A stretch of 63,679 bases of DNA, filler included, from Octopus bimaculoides (GCF_001194135.2; 5 parts of 5 records of this genome joined end to end with filler, not necessarily neighbours in it), one strand, 5' to 3'; counted from the first letter of the whole stretch, positions 1 to 13,469 are shown. Notes: generated by a model from the sequence alone, not told the origin. Program-made: numbers and translations.

Positions 1-40
<40 letters not shown>

Positions 41-51
41 GCGACGATTTT

Positions 52-185
52 CTTTTAATTTCAGATGAGCTTTATCTTCAGTTTCCGTCTACTAAATCCA
101 CTTACAAGCCTCATATTGACCCTAGGTTACAGAAGAAACATGCCCAAGGTACCAGCTGTGGGTCTGAAGCTGGAAGCCAAGCCTA
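52..185 (-). mobile_element. SINE-1 (microsatellite-containing tRNA/CORE-like SINE), degenerate 5' part
   Basis: cttcagtttccgtctactaaatccacttacaag...tgcccaaggt matches the better copies at 32222-32626 and 44244-44738. Confidence 0.7.
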
Positions 186-490
186 CAGAATGTTACTGTT
201 GCCAATAATATTAAAATTATATGTATTTGCATGTAACCATTGGCATCACATTATTTATCAGCTTTATACTATTTAAAGACTATAGGTTTGTGAGTGTAGG
301 CGTATGTCTGTATGTGCATATCATGATTCTTGGAACTCACTGAGAATACGAACGCAAAAAGTTAGTAAATGGAGACAGTCAATTAGATACTATAAAGTTG
401 ATAGCTTCACATGCATTTTATATTGGTCATAATCAGAGGCATTATTGTGTTAATAGAGTTACTATAAAATATCTATCTATCTATCTATCT

Positions 491-900
491 TCTCCTTCCT
501 TTAAACGGGAAGGAAGAGCTATTTTCATCGTACTTGTGGCTATGGCGAAAGAATGTGTATGGTGGACGCGTCTGAAAGGTCTAGAGACAAAGACTTTCCT
601 CTCTGGCCAATCTCTCATCAACTTCTTCAAGTATCACCTGAAGAGGAAGGTGAGAGTAGAAAGGGAAGTCTTGTCTAGTGAATGCTTAAAAAAAAGATGG
701 GTGAATGTAGCAAGGATGGCACGTGTGAACGACGGAGCCATCTTGAGAATAACCCTATGATCTAAAAAAAAAAAAAAATCCAAGAAAAAAAATAAAACAA
801 AAATGCAAAAGAGAGTCACTTACTGTTATAGTTTCTTCAATGAGAATATTGACCAAGGTTACCGTGGTCTTTTCCGTAGGCTTTTCTTTCCACGGCTAAA
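491..900 (+). mobile_element. Tx1/L1-like LINE 3' end (ORF2 C-terminus plus 3'UTR)
   Basis: Reads LVAMAKECVWWTRL...FFKYHLKRKVRVERE...KKRW, stop at 760; paralogous copy at 60928-61300; AKxxxWxTR...F...W pattern is typical of L1/Tx1 ORF2 C-termini. Confidence 0.65.
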
Positions 901-1881
901 CCTAAACNNNNNNNNNNNNNNNNNNNNNNNNNNNNNNNNNNNNNNNNNNNNNNNNNNNNNNNNNNNNNNNNNNNNNNNNNNNNNNNNNNNNNNNNNNNNN
1001 NNNNNNNNNNNNNNNNNNNNNNNNNNNNNNNNNNNNNNNNNNNNNNNNNNNNNNNNNNNNNNNNNNNNNNNNNNNNNNNNNNNNNNNNNNNNNNNNNNNN
1101 NNNNNNNNNNNNNNNNNNNNNNNNNNNNNNNNNNNNNNNNNNNNNNNNNNNNNNNNNNNNNNNNNNNNNNNNNNNNNNNNNNNNNNNNNNNNNNNNNNNN
1201 NNNNNNNNNNNNNNNNNNNNNNNNNNNNNNNNNNNNNNNNNNNNNNNNNNNNNNNNNNNNNNNNNNNNNNNNNNNNNNNNNNNNNNNNNNNNNNNNNNNN
1301 NNNNNNNNNNNNNNNNNNNNNNNNNNNNNNNNNNNNNNNNNNNNNNNNNNNNNNNNNNNNNNNNNNNNNNNNNNNNNNNNNNNNNNNNNNNNNNNNNNNN
1401 NNNNNNNNNNNNNNNNNNNNNNNNNNNNNNNNNNNNNNNNNNNNNNNNNNNNNNNNNNNNNNNNNNNNNNNNNNNNNNNNNNNNNNNNNNNNNNNNNNNN
1501 NNNNNNNNNNNNNNNNNNNNNNNNNNNNNNNNNNNNNNNNNNNNNNNNNNNNNNNNNNNNNNNNNNNNNNNNNNNNNNNNNNNNNNNNNNNNNNNNNNNN
1601 NNNNNNNNNNNNNNNNNNNNNNNNNNNNNNNNNNNNNNNNNNNNNNNNNNNNNNNNNNNNNNNNNNNNNNNNNNNNNNNNNNNNNNNNNNNNNNNNNNNN
1701 NNNNNNNNNNNNNNNNNNNNNNNNNNNNNNNNNNNNNNNNNNNNNNNNNNNNNNNNNNNNNNNNNNNNNNNNNNNNNNNNNNNNNNNNNNNNNNNNNNNN
1801 NNNNNTGTGTGTGTGTGTGTGTGTGTATGTGTGTGTGTGCGTGTGTGTGTGTGTGTGCGTGCGTGCGTGTGTGTGTGTGCG

Positions 1882-2080
1882 TGTCTATGTTTGTCCCGCC
1901 AATGTCGCTTGACAATCGATGCTGGTGTGTTTACTTCTCCGTAACTTAGCGGTTCGGTAATATAGGCCGATAGAATAACTCTAGGCTTACAAAGAATAAG
2001 TCTTGGGATCGATTTGCCCCCGACTACAGGCGGTGCTCCAGCATGGCCGCAGTCAATTGACTGAAGCCAATGAAAGAATA
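1882..2080 (+). mobile_element. SINE-1 3' half (5' half in gap)
   Basis: gcttgacaatcgatgctggtgtgttt...ggtgctccagcatggccgcagtcaattgactgaa matches other copies. Confidence 0.85.
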
Positions 2081-2566
2081 TGTTAACAAAATGTATTACG
2101 TTGAAAGAATTTGTATACCTTTAGTTTGCATTATGATGCATTCTCGAAGCGGTCAAAATGGCGGTGGGGAGGGAAAAATCTGGATGATATTATACAAAGT
2201 GATTTGCTTAATTCTAGATCGCTGGTCCTGAAGAATCGTATATCACATAGTTGGTGTAATTCTCTCTCATATATATCCCCAGATTCGTCTCACTTTTCGT
2301 CCTCTTTCTTCTCCTTATGCCCATTCGAAAAAAGCAAAAAACAAAAAACATGATGTCAGGAATGTGATAAAAATTATGTATTTACGTTTCTCGATCCCTC
2401 CACCTCCGAATTTTCATTGCTAACTCATCACGATCTTTGTTTTTATATAACTTTTATTCTGCTATGCATGTAAATATATCTTTATATTTGTCTGTCTATT
2501 TGGCTATCCGTCGTTCATCCGTCTGTTAAACAGTCAGTCTATCTGTCTGTTTGTCTGTGTTCCTGC

Positions 2567-2634
<68 letters not shown>

Positions 2635-2635
2635 A

Positions 2636-2693
<58 letters not shown>

Positions 2694-2694
2694 C

Positions 2695-2723
<29 letters not shown>
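2567..2723. repeat. (CTAT)n microsatellite
   Basis: Direct reading. Confidence 0.95.
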
Positions 2724-2725
<2 letters not shown>

Positions 2726-3889
2726 ATTGATTTTGAATATGTGGTATGCAAAATTTGAACGGATGTGCAAGCAAGGTAATGTGTTTAATAAAACTATACT
2801 TTTTGTTATTTATTCCTGAATTTTCCCCATAAAAACGACCCTTTATCAAAAGAAGAGTTAGCGGTAAATTGACAACTAGAGAGGGCGAACACAATGAACA
2901 AAATGAAATAGACGCACAGAAAAACATATCGACCGCTTTTGTCCAAACTTAGATGTCGATGGAGAGAGTTCAATAACTGAGTACAACAGTAGTGGTAGCA
3001 AGTAGAAGCTTCCTGTCAAGCAGACAATTTAATGAATTAAAGTAAATTTCGCTTCTTTTCTTAATTGAATAAAACTTTTACACATTATTTCCTCTCCCTG
3101 TCTATTCAACGTTTGTAAAATGATGTTTTAGACGGAAAATTAAGGAAAAACTTTACAATAAAACAGTTTTTATTACTTTCATTATTTAACTTAAATTCAT
3201 CCAATTTTGCTTGTCACACTGATTCAAATTTTAGATCAAAACTAACCGTTATACCCCAGAGTTTGTCTTCAGGGTCTGTTCAAATAAAACATCTCCATAC
3301 ACAGATACATGGATACACACAATAATACAAAGAGAGCGGAACACGTGCGTACAAACAGACAAAGCACATCACACACAACAAAGATAAAAGAAATGTATTA
3401 TATTCATTGTGAAACACTTTAAAAACCATGTTCCTATACATGTTGTGTCTGCATGAATGTAAAGGTCATATCATGCAGCCAATGAGACTATGTTATTAAG
3501 CATTAATGAAATACTTTACAGGAACAGCGAGTATGTTCGGTTATGTTTGTTGCAATTATTTCAAAGCCAGAATTAAATCTTGTATAAAATCAATAGACTT
3601 ATTATTGTTATGTTTTGGTTGTTTAGCTCAATAGCATACATATAAAAGTCACTTTATTTGTTACTATTTCATCTTGTTATGAAAAAAATTGCTCTAGGTA
3701 TAGACGGGGAATTTCGTTCGGTTTATGAAGCTTTGCAGAAATTGTTCTATCTCCGTGCGGCAGTTCAGATCCCGTTGCTGTTAATGTTGGCATCCTTATT
3801 TCCGAGATGGGTAAATAAATTACCATGAGAGCCAACGAAATTGTTGGAGACCTTGACAACATTTATTAAGTTCGTAGGATATATGTTTG

Positions 3890-4100
3890 TTCCAAATTTT
3901 GATATAAGGTCAGCAGTTTCAAGGAAGGGGATAAATCATTTAGATGGCGCCCAGTAATAACTCGTACTTATTTTATTGACCCCGAAGGACAAAATGCAAA
4001 GTCAACCTTCACAGCGTTTGAACTCAAAACGTTCAGACGACCAAAATGCTACAAAATATTTTGGCCGGCGTGCTAACGATTCTGACAACTCGCTGCCTTA
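3890..4100 (-). mobile_element. SINE-3 (head AAGGCGGCGAGCTGGCAGAA), tail type C
   Basis: Reverse complement of head, B-box-like GAGTTCAAA and cggggtcaataaaataagtac core. Confidence 0.75.
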
Positions 4101-4648
4101 CCTTATATATATATATTGTGAAAGGAATTTGCAGCTGGTAAAGCGACCACGTGGAAATTAAATGAAATTCTAATGAAACACCTGCTGTTTTGACCATGAT
4201 TAGATCCTATCGAGTATAGTATTGATCAGCGTGTTCCTACTCATGACCATTCCGTCAGTTGTGTTCTATAGGCACGTCTCTATCCTAAAATATTCTAGTA
4301 TAGATGGAAGGAAATATGACAGATCAAATTACAATTCTTATTTCGTTCGGATGAGATCAACTGGATCAATAAATATTTAACGAAAATAGGAAGAGATGAA
4401 ATTTAAGGGTAAAAGTAGGGTTGCACAATCTGGTTTCCAATGTGTGCAATACATAGACACAAATATGTATATGTAGATACATTCAAAGTACAGACACAGA
4501 TACACGCACACACGCGCACGCACACATACACACAAATACACACACACACACACACAAGCATACATATGCACATGCACTCAAACAGACACGCAAATATGCA
4601 CAAGCAAATGCATATGTATAGATATATATATATATGTGTTTATATCTG

Positions 4649-4691
<43 letters not shown>

Positions 4692-5210
4692 GTCTATGTG
4701 TGTGTGTGCTTGTGTGTGTGTATGTGTGTGATTATATGTGTGTGTGACTGTGTATGATTGTGTGTGGGTGCATATAATTATCAACAAATAGGATGGAGCG
4801 AGATAGTTTACAATTGGTTCATCTGAATTCAAGTTCATGAATACTAGTTTCAAATATTGGCACAAGGCCAGCAACCTCGAGGAAGTGGCCAAGTAGATTG
4901 CATCAATCACATCGTGAATAAGGATACAAAATGCAGTAATATATGCAATTATTTATTCATGAGGTTTCATTGACACGTATCAAAATTCGATTCTTCAGAG
5001 TTATGCACAAAATTCATGTACTGTAGATACTTGGATTTGTCTATTATTCATAGCGATATCCAGTCTACCGTGTTTATATAGATGCATTTGTAAAGAAAAC
5101 AAAACAAATAAAATCCCGCTTTGAATTAATCGGTCAAGAAGAGTGATGTATCCAAAAAGAGGAAAATTAAAAGCACAAAGTAAAACTAACGTTTAAACAC
5201 ACACACACAC

Positions 5211-5260
<50 letters not shown>

Positions 5261-5466
5261 GCTTATAGACAATACAATAAATTATAAACTTAAGAGAGCT
5301 TCTGTATCAAATGTTATTTAATTACAATGGTCTTCAAAAACTGTTTTAGTATTCTTGAGGTATATTTATTCTATCAGCTAATTAGATGCGCACTTACGCT
5401 TTTATACACAGAGATGAAAAATATAAAAAAATATTCTCCATTCTTACATTCATTCCAATAGGTTAC

Positions 5467-5546
5467 CTCATAATTTCAAAGACAGAACATTCTGTTCTAA
5501 ATATAGAAACCAAATGTATATATACTGGTTCTCCAGCGGACACTAT
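5467..5546 (-). CDS. Candidate coding exon (IVSAGEPVYIHLVSIFRTECSVFEIM), unidentified
   Basis: tctttcag| acceptor and ag|gtaacc donor; only frame 0 is open, compatible with the phase-0 donor at 5861; no homology recognised. Confidence 0.2.
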
Positions 5547-7934
5547 CTGAAAGATACCAAACTGTAAATGTTCGTTTCAAGAAATTCCGGCCCATCAGAC
5601 GATATGTATTTTTGATATATTGCTGTGGATATCTGTTTAGAAATCCTCCCAAAAGTGTGTTTCGAGTAGTAACTAGAATAAATGGTAATTTTCTAATAAA
5701 TATTTCGTTTTGTGTTTTGTAAAGTATTTTCAAACTTACACCTCATAAGTTCAGAGTCTTTTTTAAGGAGTTATTTTTAACATAATGGAATACATAAAAT
5801 AACTTCTAAACGAAGATTTCATAATTTAGACTTGCCGTCATACGGGTATGTGGACCTTACCATGGACCCGAAAATGGCCCATTCTTCTTTCTTATAATTG
5901 TAGAAACTCTGTTTTGTATTCGTGGATTTTGAAGCGTGTGCTCGATAAAACAATTTCCGGTTTACTGTCTGTCGGTATAGTTTCATCAATTGAAATAGCT
6001 CTCACAATGAGATTGAAAATATCATCAGCGTTATCGTCAATACTTATCAATGAAAGCAAGAAATAAACGTGATAGTATGAATTGATCACAACTGAAATAC
6101 TTGTTAATAGTAGGAAGAGAGATTGATGTTAGGTAAGTAGATTGTTTTTCTTTTTATTAGTCCTCCTTTAGGAAATACGGTTTCAAAAATAGTTGAAGAT
6201 GTACTTGTTACTTCCTAGAATTAATTTAAAAGTTTACAGCTTTGTGTTAACGATATTCCTTGATGAGGCAATCTAAATTATAGATATTGAAAAGATTTCG
6301 ATTGGCTCCTATTACAATCTTTCTTAGATCTCTATAGTAGATAGCCTTAAGTAGATATTATTTATGGAGAAAGCAACACAAGGAAAAATATTCAATGTAA
6401 TTATTTAAAGCAGCCTAATGACTGCTGTATCGTGTATTCGTGTACTGTTATTGCGTGGAAGATGTATTAGGCTGTATATCGAGATATACCTCTAGGGAAC
6501 ATCCATTTAGCTATAGAAAGACTGTACATAACAGAGCTTGAAGATATATATACATCTTTTTTGTCTATTGTTGTCGTCGTTGTAGCAAAAGTACTCTAAA
6601 CAGAAGTAAGAATTCTGCGAAATGTATTTCATCCCAAACTTTCAATATTTGAAACAACCCAAACTATAAAATAGGACACTAAACAATGCAAATATTTCTC
6701 CTAGGAAACCCATGAATGGTGGGTGAATGTGATACATACAAACACACACACACAAACATATATATATACACATATTTATACTTTTATACTTTTATGTATA
6801 TATATATGTATATATATTTATATATGTATGCGTGTGCATGTATGAGCGTGCATGCATGAGTGTATGAGTGTGTGAGTGTAGTCGTCTTCACAATTATTCA
6901 GACAATAACAGTAGATACAACAAACTATTCTTATTAATCACATGATTTTAAGTTTACGAACGATATTCGTACATATATATGTATACATACAGACATACAT
7001 ACACACACACACACACATATATATATATGTAATGCACACATATTATACTAATATACATGTACATAGACACATGCAAGCACAAACGTATGGCGACAAAAAT
7101 CACACACAACATACACACATAATTTATAGATGTATATGCACGCTCAGTTTCTTACAATTTGGTAGATGTAGTCCTTTATATCAGAAATTATAGTCTTGCA
7201 CATAAAATAGTTTAAAACAATTCAATTTTGAACAATGGCGTTTACACCAATATCAATAATTTGACCATAGCAATTCTCATTGTCAGAGATATATTTTACA
7301 TTCATAATAGAGTAACCAAAAATCTATACTTTCTACGTTTGTAATATTTTCTTATATTGAAGTCTGCTTATGAAATATTATTGTTTTGATAAGATAACAA
7401 AGTTAAACCTTTAGGTAACATTGCATATCTAGTTTTGGCTGTCTATTGTTCTGAATACAGAGCAACTAATTTTCTTTCCGTACTGCAGTCACTATTGTAG
7501 TTACAAATATAATTGGAGTTTTATGGTTGCTTATATATGAGATACTTTAACAGTTGTGTTAATAAACAGAATACAGTGAATATTGTGAAAATAATATAAA
7601 CAATATACTGCGAGAAAGTGAAACAACTATTTATGTAATATCTTAAGTGACTTTGAGGCGAAAGCCAAGCTATAGAATCAATTTCTATTAGAATAGTCCT
7701 GTGAAGGGAATAAGTATATGTTTTCATTGCAAATATAAACACGATGTAAAAGAAACAAAAATATTTTATTATTTAATAACAGACTATTCAACCTTTTTCT
7801 TTGTTATTCGCTGCTATATGAGGCAGATGACTGATCCTTTGTGAATTCCTGATGTATTCATTTCCAGCAACAGTGATAAAGTACGTGTATAGTAACCATT
7901 TCATACGACTAATAATATCTAAATCGTCTTCCCC

Positions 7935-8310
7935 TAAGTCGGCAAGCTGGCAGAAACGTTAGCACGCCGGGTGAAATGTTTAGCGGTATTTCGTCTGCCG
8001 TTACGTTTTTAGTTCAAATTCCGCCGAGGTCGAGTTTGCCTTTCATCTTTTCGGGATCGATAAATTAAGTACCAGGTACGCACTGAGATCGACTTAATCC
8101 CTTTGTATGTCCTTGTTTGTCCCCTCAATTTTGAGCCCCTTGTGGTCAATAAGTAAATAAGAAACGTTAGCACGCCGGATGAAATGATTTGCGGTATGTC
8201 GTCTGTCTTTACGTTCTGAGTTCAAATTCCGATGAGTTGCATACTGGGGTCGATCTAATCGCCTGGCCCTTTCCCCCAAAGTTTCTGGCATTGTGCCTAA
8301 AGTAGAAAAG
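7935..8310 (+). mobile_element. SINE-3 head-to-tail dimer (tail A copy plus internally deleted tail B copy)
   Basis: Full copy 7935-8163; its terminal ...aaataagaa runs directly into agaaacgttagcacgccgg of a second head. Confidence 0.85.
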
Positions 8311-8510
8311 AAAAGAAACAAATATTTAAATCTCCTTCCCCGAAATATGTTGTATGCATATTTAATATACTTCAATTAATCTATTTATGAGAAAACTCGC
8401 ATAACAATTATAGCGTGGAGAGCAAAGTCGTTTTGCTGTATTTTGAAATTTTTCGATATTCGGGAGAAAATTTTATTAAAATGTTATTTGTATACATATA
8501 GATAAGTCTG

Positions 8511-8570
8511 TAATATATAATTCTATAATATATAATTCTATAATATATAATTCTATAATATATAATTCTA
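8511..8570. repeat. 15-bp minisatellite x4 (TAATATATAATTCTA)
   Basis: Four perfect units. Confidence 0.9.
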
Positions 8571-8829
8571 AGCATAATCAATTAATTTCACTCATATGCA
8601 TTTCAAAATTATCACTTTATTTTAACTGAGAGTAAAGAACATTTAATGAAGACCTGTTAGTAATGTAAGAAGCAGGAACAACGATAATATACCATTCTAT
8701 TTGTTGGGCCCACAGACTTTTACTTAGTGGATTTGTAAGTAATGTACTTTAATTTGATGCAATACATATCAATACCAGATAGCTATTGCATTTCCTTTAT
8801 ACAATGTAATTCCTTTTTGAATCTAAACC

Positions 8830-9996
8830 TACAGGATGTTCCGAAATTAAGGCAAAAGAAGTTTCAAGCTTTAAAAGCTATCAATAAATGTGATTTATAA
8901 ATTAGATGATGTCTATAAACCGAAATACAACCATACCACCCACCCCCACAAAGAAGGCGAAAGTAATACCAGTGAGAGAAATATAGCTTAAAATTAAGCG
9001 AACAATAATCTAGGACATTGTCAAGAAATTTCAAGAGACTGGTTCTACGGCCGATCGACATTGACGTGGCCGAAAAAGAAGTCTGCATTCCCCTCAGCTT
9101 ATCAAAAGTACCAGAGAAAAGAGACGTCAAAATGCTCGTCGTTCTGTGAGAAATATTGTTGCCATAAAAAAAGCCAAACATCGATGTATCGATTGCTGAA
9201 GGAGGATCATAGAAAAGGTGATACACCATCATGAGCTCATGCAAGTTTATATGGCCATGAGACTGGAGAGAAGTCGTCCTGCATCAGATTGCTGAAGGCA
9301 CGCTGTCCAACATGGTATTCACTGATGAGAATACATTTGACATCGAACAGACAGTGAACCACCAGAATACCCCACCTTAGAGTGTATCTGGCTCGGTCGA
9401 GGGTAGATTCGTAAATCGACGTCAAATTCTATAGTCAGTTATGATTTGGGCAGCTGAAAGTCTCCTGTCGTTTTTGTGCTATTGGGAGTTAAAATTAACA
9501 CCCAGCGATACATTAGAGGAGAGTTTTGGAACCTGAATTGCTTCCCTGGGCAAATGAGCCCTTTCTAATGGCACCTTAGAGCCTTCAATAGGACCCGCTA
9601 CCATTCCACAGCTCCAAACAGACACAAGACTGTATTCAAAACCACATCCCGTCGTTCATAGGCAAGGATGTATGGCCCTCATGAAGCCCCGATCTCAGCG
9701 CATTGGAATTTACTGTCTTGAGCACGCCTCGTGTTTCGCTCGATGTTCTGACGGCAAAAGCGCGTTAGGATTGGGCTTCGATTCCACTTGAACTGCTGCG
9801 TGCCGCGTGTGGAGCATCCTCACATAGACCTGAGGTTGTGATTCGAAACAGATGTGGTCATATCGAATAAATGTGGTAGTGACATAATTGTGTTTCCTTT
9901 ACCATTGCATTGCAACGCTCAGAATCAAAATATGACAATATTTTGCTTCGTCAAAATTGAAAAATGTTGGTTGCATTAATTTTGGGACACCATGAA
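8830..9996 (+). mobile_element. Decayed Tc1/mariner transposon with DD37 spacing (maT-like)
   Basis: Left TIR TA-CAGGATGTTCCGAAATTAAGGCAA; degenerate right TIR 9971-9996; interrupted frames KKFQETGS, MVFTDE, VMIWAA, WPS*SPDLSALEF; 37 residues between the 2nd and 3rd catalytic positions. Confidence 0.85.
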
Positions 9997-10231
9997 TTAC
10001 ATTTAGCACTATCTAATTACGCATTCATTATTTCACTTTGGATTTTACATGCAAAGCGAAATACATTAGCACTAACATTCAACAATATAACTTTCATGCA
10101 ACAACGCAAGCTTCGGTATCACAGATATTTGCTACTTAATTATTCTGATATCGTATATGGCTAATTCTTATGCGCGTGGATATGTAAGTGTATACATGGG
10201 CATGCATAAATACGTGTCTGTATATGTATGA

Positions 10232-10282
<51 letters not shown>

Positions 10283-11375
10283 NNNNNNNNNNNNNNNNNN
10301 NNNNNNNNNNNNNNNNNNNNNNNNNNTTAATTAATTAANNNNNNNNNNNNNNNNNNNNNNNNNNNNNNNNNNNNNNNNNNNNTATATATATATATATATA
10401 TATATATGTTTTGGTCTCGTTGAGATATCGGAAGTCGAATAGGCTGATATCGACGGGGTAAAATACAACTTATTGAAACAGGGATCGAAACCGTTCTCTG
10501 CTTACCTGCATGTTTTTATATTCTTACGCGTTATTCTTTGATAGCTGATATCATGTAAGTTGCCGAATGGTGACTATATTTTACGTAAATTGATCTCATT
10601 AGAGTTAGAAATATATTACATCTTCAGTGTGTAACAAGTTCACTTCCTTCATGTTCATTGTATGTATGTATGTATGTATGTATGTATGTATGCATGTATG
10701 TATGTACATATACGTACACACCTATGTTTTGTGAAAGAAATATATGGAAACTGAAAGAAACCCGTCGTATATATATATATATATATATATATATNNNNNN
10801 NNNNNNNNNNNNNNNNNNNNNNNNNNNNNNNNNNNNNNNNNNNNNNNNNNNNNNNNNNNNNNNNNNNNNNNNNNNNNNNNNNNNNNNNNNNNNNNNNNNN
10901 NNNNNNNNNNNNNNNNNNNNNNNNNNNNNNNNNNNNNNNNNNNNNNNNNNNNNNNNNNNNNNNNNNNNNNNNNNNNNNNNNNNNNNNNNNNNNNNNNNNN
11001 NNNNNNNNNNNNNNNNNNNNNNNNNNNNNNNNNNNNNNNNNNNNNNNNNNNNNNNNNNNNNNNNNNNNNNNNNNNNNNNNNNNNNNNNNNNNNNNNNNNN
11101 NNNNNNNNNNNNNNNNNNNNNNNNNNNNNNNNNNNNNNNNNNNNNNNNNNNNNNNNNNNNNNNNNNNNNNNNNNNNNNNNNNNNNNNNNNNNNNNNNNNN
11201 NNNNNNNNNNNNNNNNNNNNNNNNNNNNNNNNNNNNNNNNNNNNNNNNNNNNNNNNNNNNNNNNNNNTATATATATATATATATATGTATATATGCACCT
11301 GTATTTATATTTGTGGTTGTTTAGTCTATGTATCTGTTTATTCATATCACTTCATACACGTATATATATTATGGA

Positions 11376-11637
11376 CTCTCTCGTCGTTAGTCGACGTATG
11401 AGCGTTCGGCAATGTCTTGCCGAACAACCACACAGGTGATTTGTTTATAGCGATCAAATGTTTGTGTACACATAAGCTCACTCCCTCCTTCAAATCGACA
11501 TTACCTGTATAGGTGCACCATGTGCCACACGTGAAATGAAGTGCTTTGCTCAAGAACCCAACGCAACGCTCGGTCTGGGAATCGAAACCACCATCTCGCA
11601 ATCGTGAGTGCAACACCCTAACCACTAAGCCATGCTC
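11376..11637 (-). mobile_element. SINE-2a (head TGGCTTAGTGGTTAGGG), tail type 1
   Basis: A-box TGGCTTAGTGG, B-box-like GTTTCGATTCC, ttcttgagcaaagcacttcatttcac core, distinct tail. Confidence 0.85.
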
Positions 11638-12495
11638 TTTTTTGTTTTTATGTTAAATTTTAGCAAAAAAAAAAAAAAATTATACTAAACTGAAGAATTA
11701 CGCAATCCTTTTTTTTAAGAATACGTATTTATTATTCTTTCATAAGAAGAGTGGTGAATAGAACTTCGATGCTTTGGGTGTGTGATGAAGGCTAGCACCT
11801 CGAAGTTATTATGCATAGGTTCAAAACTTTTGAAGAAGATCATACATAAGCTGAATGATTTTGAAAATCTTGTATCTGTTTCATTACTTTATTGCGTAAG
11901 ATTCTGAATGTCACCTAAGCTTATTATGATTTATTTGCAGGAAACAATTGTGAGTGAATCGACGTACTTAGAGTAATTGAAGAGTGTCGGCGATTTTATC
12001 GAAAGCAATTTATCCGAATTATGAGGAATCACGTATGTATATATGCATCTACACATACACACCACACCTGCGGCTCTTCTGCCTGGAAAATAAATTCCAA
12101 TTTATGCCAACAGTTTTCGGTGCACTTGGTTATTGACAATATGGGAAAGGTATTTAAGAGATAGGCTAACACGAACTTTACAGATGCTATCTGTGCGTAG
12201 AACGGTAAAAATATGTAAGGATTTTCTAAGGTTCTATATGTAACACTAATCACTGCTGATAACTAAATTGCAGTGATGCAACTTTCGTTTCTTTATTAAA
12301 TACCAGCTCCTTCCTTCCAGGAAGCATTCTGATAAATAGAAACAAAAACAGACATAAACTCTCTCTCCCTCTCTCTCTTACTCTTTCACACACACACGCG
12401 TACACACACAATCACACGCAAACACCCCCCACACACAAACGCATACATACACACACAAAAACACACATATACACGCACACAACACACACACACAC

Positions 12496-12542
<47 letters not shown>

Positions 12543-12793
12543 TGTATGCATGTAGGTGTGGACCTCATTGTTGAGTGGATCCATAGGTTTTGACTTATTG
12601 TTATATACGTACAGACATGCATGTTTGTCTGTACGTATGTATATTCACTTATTATAAGATAAATTGCTGGTGTTTTACAAATTTTGCATGTAAGATTGAA
12701 TGTATGTATGTATATATGTGTGCAAGTATAAATTTCATTGCATATATTAAAAATGAATGTATGTAAGTATAAGCGAGTGTGTGTTTGTTTGTA

Positions 12794-12826
<33 letters not shown>

Positions 12827-13424
12827 AAGGTTATATGCATGTTATTGGAAATATTTAATTTTTGACTCAATTAACGACGGTCACAAATCGGATGGCCAAG
12901 GTATTGAGTCCACACCGTTATTTCGGTTCATGGATATGAGAATTGGTGTGTACATATAACATGTGTGTGTATGTGTGTGTGTGCGTGTGAGTGCACGCAG
13001 GGAAAACTTGCAATTATGTAGTGGGTGTATACATCACTTTATTATGCAGGTGTGTGTGTGTGTGTGTGTCTGTCTGTGCGCCATTACTCTTTACGTGCGT
13101 ATCTGTGTGTATATCTTATGTTTACAAATAGTGTGTATATGGTCACCCAAGAAACTCAGATGGATGATCCCTGGAATCTTTCTACAAATTTTCACTGTGC
13201 CTCTAATCGATTGTATTGGAAGAATGCGAATCCATTTGCTTTGTATGTATGTATGTATGGATGGATTGATGTAAGAACGTGTGTATGTATGAATGTGTGT
13301 ACGAGTGAACGCATGTATGCATGTATGCATGTTTGTGTGCGTGTTTATATACACGTATATGAATATTTATATATATGCATGAACGTACGTATGTATATGA
13401 AATTTATACCTGTATGAATGTTTG

Positions 13425-13469
<45 letters not shown>

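Noticed and set aside
803-1915. Long ORFs spanning N runs (also around 10.6-11.4, 21-22.3, 28.2-29.3, 43, 45.8-47, 49.2-49.9 and 59.3-60.2 kb)
   Set aside because: They are open only because N codons contain no stops
3697-3810. + strand GIDGEFRSVYEALQKLF...LFPRW, vaguely like a cytochrome P450 F-helix
   Set aside because: Poor acceptor and no other P450 motifs found in the window
10327-10338. TTAATTAATTAA islands inside gaps (also 30295-30306, 52901-52912, 61701-61712)
   Set aside because: Each sits between two runs of exactly 44 N (100 nt in total) and encodes stops in all six frames. It is an artificial scaffolding spacer, and contiguity across these joins is uncertain.
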